Assembly: GCA_032718475.1 (NCBI GenBank)
Contig: JAUCBJ010003953.1
Span: 62,001 to 126,000, forward strand
From: Nemertoderma westbladi
Taxonomy: Eukaryota > Animalia > Xenacoelomorpha
Direction: 5' to 3'
Length of the DNA: 64,000 bases
This document shows, piece after piece, positions 61,598 to 64,000 of this stretch. The notes below the pieces were generated by a model. That model did no database searches, was not told the DNA's origin, and worked only from the letters and a program-made list of their open reading frames with translations. Position 1 is the first letter of the stretch; every line of letters begins with the position of its first letter. The translations under genes were made by a program, and so were the position numbers.

Positions 61598-62566
61598 TTA
61601 GAAGGAATAGCAAAAAAGCAACGCAATAAAAAGCAACGCCGATAATAAAGGATGCCGCATTCCGTCACTGCTACATTCATCAATGTTGTTACTATCGCAA
61701 CAGCTAACGGAACAATCCATATCGGAAACAGTAATAGAATCGACGAAACCCATCCTCGTATACCGCTGCGGGTAACTGGCCACCTTCGACTTGTATTCCT
61801 CCTTGCATTGGGAACTGCTGAACGACTGACAACTCGATACAGGTTCCGCACCGCACTCACCTATAGATATGGAATATTCCACACCGACTTCTTCGTTCGC
61901 CTTTAGGGTTCCAGCCAATCGTGCTTTAGTCATTCGGCAATATTTGCAATACGGCTCCCATCTGAGTTGGAATAGATCGGCTGTCTCGTTAACTAACTTG
62001 TCTATTTCCTTCTGGACATCCTGGGGGGCATTGAATAGTTTAATATCGAACGCGGCTCCTGTTTCGCACCGCAACTTATCGAGTTGACCAATATTTGGCT
62101 TTTGAACCATCCCAGGATCCAGCTCACACTCACCCTCAACAGAACAGCACCGCATTTTGCAATCAATTTCCCGGTCTCTAAGAGTTGCTGCTCCGTAGCT
62201 AATCTTCTTCAATCTTTCTCCGTATATATCGCTGCACATATTGTACAGCGGATCGGTTTCGTTACACACTGACTCGAAGCACCTCGCTTGTTGTATCGCT
62301 ATGCTGATATATTTATCGCCTTCGCTGTCGATTCGATTGAAAACAGCAACTCCGCAAGTGCTACAGTTTTGTACATCCTGGACTTCTTGTTTAAAAAGCG
62401 GGTACAATCCCTTCTTGAGAAAGTCGAATTCCTCTTCGTTTAATCCGGAGTACTTCGACAGACTAACCCGCATTCCATTTTGACAGTTGATCGGATGTAC
62501 TGGAACAATGTTGATGATCAAATTCAATAAAACAAAAGCAACGCCAAAATAGTCATAAAGTCCCAT
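61598..62566 (-). CDS. Secreted, probably GPI-anchored Cys-rich protein with two Ly6/uPAR-like domains
   Basis: 322-aa ORF with a hydrophobic N-terminal signal. Two repeats of 10 Cys each, ending CKMRCC..EC and CSVSCC..EC. C-terminal small residues (SSDG) followed by a hydrophobic tail. Confidence 0.75.
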   Translation of the reverse strand: MGLYDYFGVAFVLLNLIINIVPVHPINCQNGMRVSLSKYSGLNEEEFDFLKKGLYPLFKQEVQDVQNCSTCGVAVFNRIDSEGDKYISIAIQQARCFESVCNETDPLYNMCSDIYGERLKKISYGAATLRDREIDCKMRCCSVEGECELDPGMVQKPNIGQLDKLRCETGAAFDIKLFNAPQDVQKEIDKLVNETADLFQLRWEPYCKYCRMTKARLAGTLKANEEVGVEYSISIGECGAEPVSSCQSFSSSQCKEEYKSKVASYPQRYTRMGFVDSITVSDMDCSVSCCDSNNIDECSSDGMRHPLLSALLFIALLFCYSF

Positions 62567-62799
62567 TTCAAACAGTCAATAGCTGAATAGTTCAGCGTGA
62601 TTCACTTGTTACTTCTTATGCTTGTTACCGGTAGTGGTTAATACTGTGATAGTACCGGTAATACAGTAATAGCAATAGGCTGATAGGCCTACAAATTTGG
62701 ACAATCGCTATAGGCTACTGCCAGACTGCAGTACCCCTACTGCACTGTCACTGTAAGTATTTAAAACTGTAAAAGCACGTTAAATCCGCTCTAATCAGA

Positions 62800-63660
62800 C
62801 AGCCCTTTTCAGCATTTATCATGCTGCACGAAGGCCTCTGAACAGTTTCAACAGCTATTTTCGGCATTCTCATATTGCACGAAGCCCTCTGAACAACTTC
62901 AAATGTTATTTTCAGCATTTATCATGCTGCATGAAGGAATCTGAACAGTTTTATCAGCTCTTTTCGGTATTTATCATGCTGCATGAAGGCCTTTTGGCAG
63001 TTTCAACAGCCCTTTTCCGCATTTCTCATGCTGCACGAAGGCCTCTGAACAGTTTCAACATCAATTTTCAGCATTTCTCATGTTGCACGAAGCCATCTGA
63101 ACAATTTCAACTGTTATTTTCAGCATTTATCATGCTACATGAAGGACTCTGAACAGTTTTATCAACTCTTTTCAGTATTTCACATTCTGCGCGAAGGCCT
63201 GAAAGTTTCAAAACCTATTTTCAGTCCTTCTTAAGCTGCTCGAAGATCTCTGAACAGTTTCAACAACTATTTTCAGCATTTATCATGCTCAGATGCTGCA
63301 CAAAGCTGCAAAGGTCTCTGAATAGTTTCAACATCTCTTTTCAGCGTTTATCATGCTGCACAAAGGACTCTACTCTGAGCAGCTTTGAGAGATCTGTTAT
63401 GGATTTTTCAAACTGTGCGAAGGCCTCTGGGCAGTTTTATCAGTTCTTTTCAGTTTTTCTCATGATGCATGAAACCCTCTGAACAATTTCAACTGCACTT
63501 TTCGGCATTTATCATGCTATACAAAGGACTCTGAACAGATTTAACAGCTCTTTTCAGTATTTAACATGCTGTGCGAAGGCTTAAATAGTTTCAAAAGGTC
63601 TTTTTAGTATTTATAGTGCAGCAAGAATGCCTCTAACTAAAGCGTTTTGACAGCTTGTTT
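62800..63660. repeat. Degenerate 52-bp tandem repeat, about 16 copies
   Basis: Consensus TTTTCAGCATTTATCATGCTGCACGAAGGCCTCTGAACAGTTTCAACAGCTA. Confidence 0.9.
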
Positions 63661-64000
63661 CAGTCTGTCAGTAGGCCTACCGGTATTTATGATGCTGTAC
63701 GAACGCCTCTAAATAGATTTGGTGGGGGTGAAATGAATATAAGAACCCATCGTTCATGTCGATACCGGTATTGACATTAGATGTCAAAATTGACATGCAA
63801 TAAAACATATCATTAAAATTATTACAAACAACAATATACATTAGTTGGATTCAACAATATTTTAATTAAAATAGATATTCTCTTTACAAAAAAACATTTT
63901 TTACGTTTCAAATCACAATATTTTAAAAATTTATGATCAAAACATGTCAATATTGACATCATGTCAATTTTGACATGGTTGCATGGAACATGTCAATATT

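Overview
AT-rich, repeat-dense eukaryotic (metazoan-type) genomic DNA with no prokaryotic operon, rRNA, intact tRNA or CRISPR. Almost all long ORFs in the track are translations of tandem repeats. Supported genes: (1) a 9-exon imidazolonepropionase-like gene (AMDHD1/HutI family, minus strand, 44083-22776, about 451 aa, assembled by hand from GT-AG exons) whose metal ligands are intact but whose catalytic/substrate motifs are altered; (2) two intronless UFD1 paralogues, one nested on the same strand in the last AMDHD1 intron, with a patchwork of identity suggesting gene conversion; (3) an intronless atypical Rho-family GTPase with degenerate G1/switch I/G3; (4) a decayed Gfo/Idh/MocA oxidoreductase pseudogene divergently paired with an intact intronless DUF924 gene; (5) a secreted, probably GPI-anchored protein with two 10-Cys Ly6/uPAR-like domains. 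About 20 kb is satellite DNA (17, 26, 28, 30, 33, 44, 45, 48, 52 and 54-bp units and (TAAG)n). The rest includes MITE/foldback elements, RTE and CRE non-LTR relics, and an inverted tRNA-derived SINE pair. Family calls are from motif recognition, not database searches. No clearly new biological system could be demonstrated; the best leads are the remodelled AMDHD1, the nested/converted UFD1 pair and the atypical Rho.
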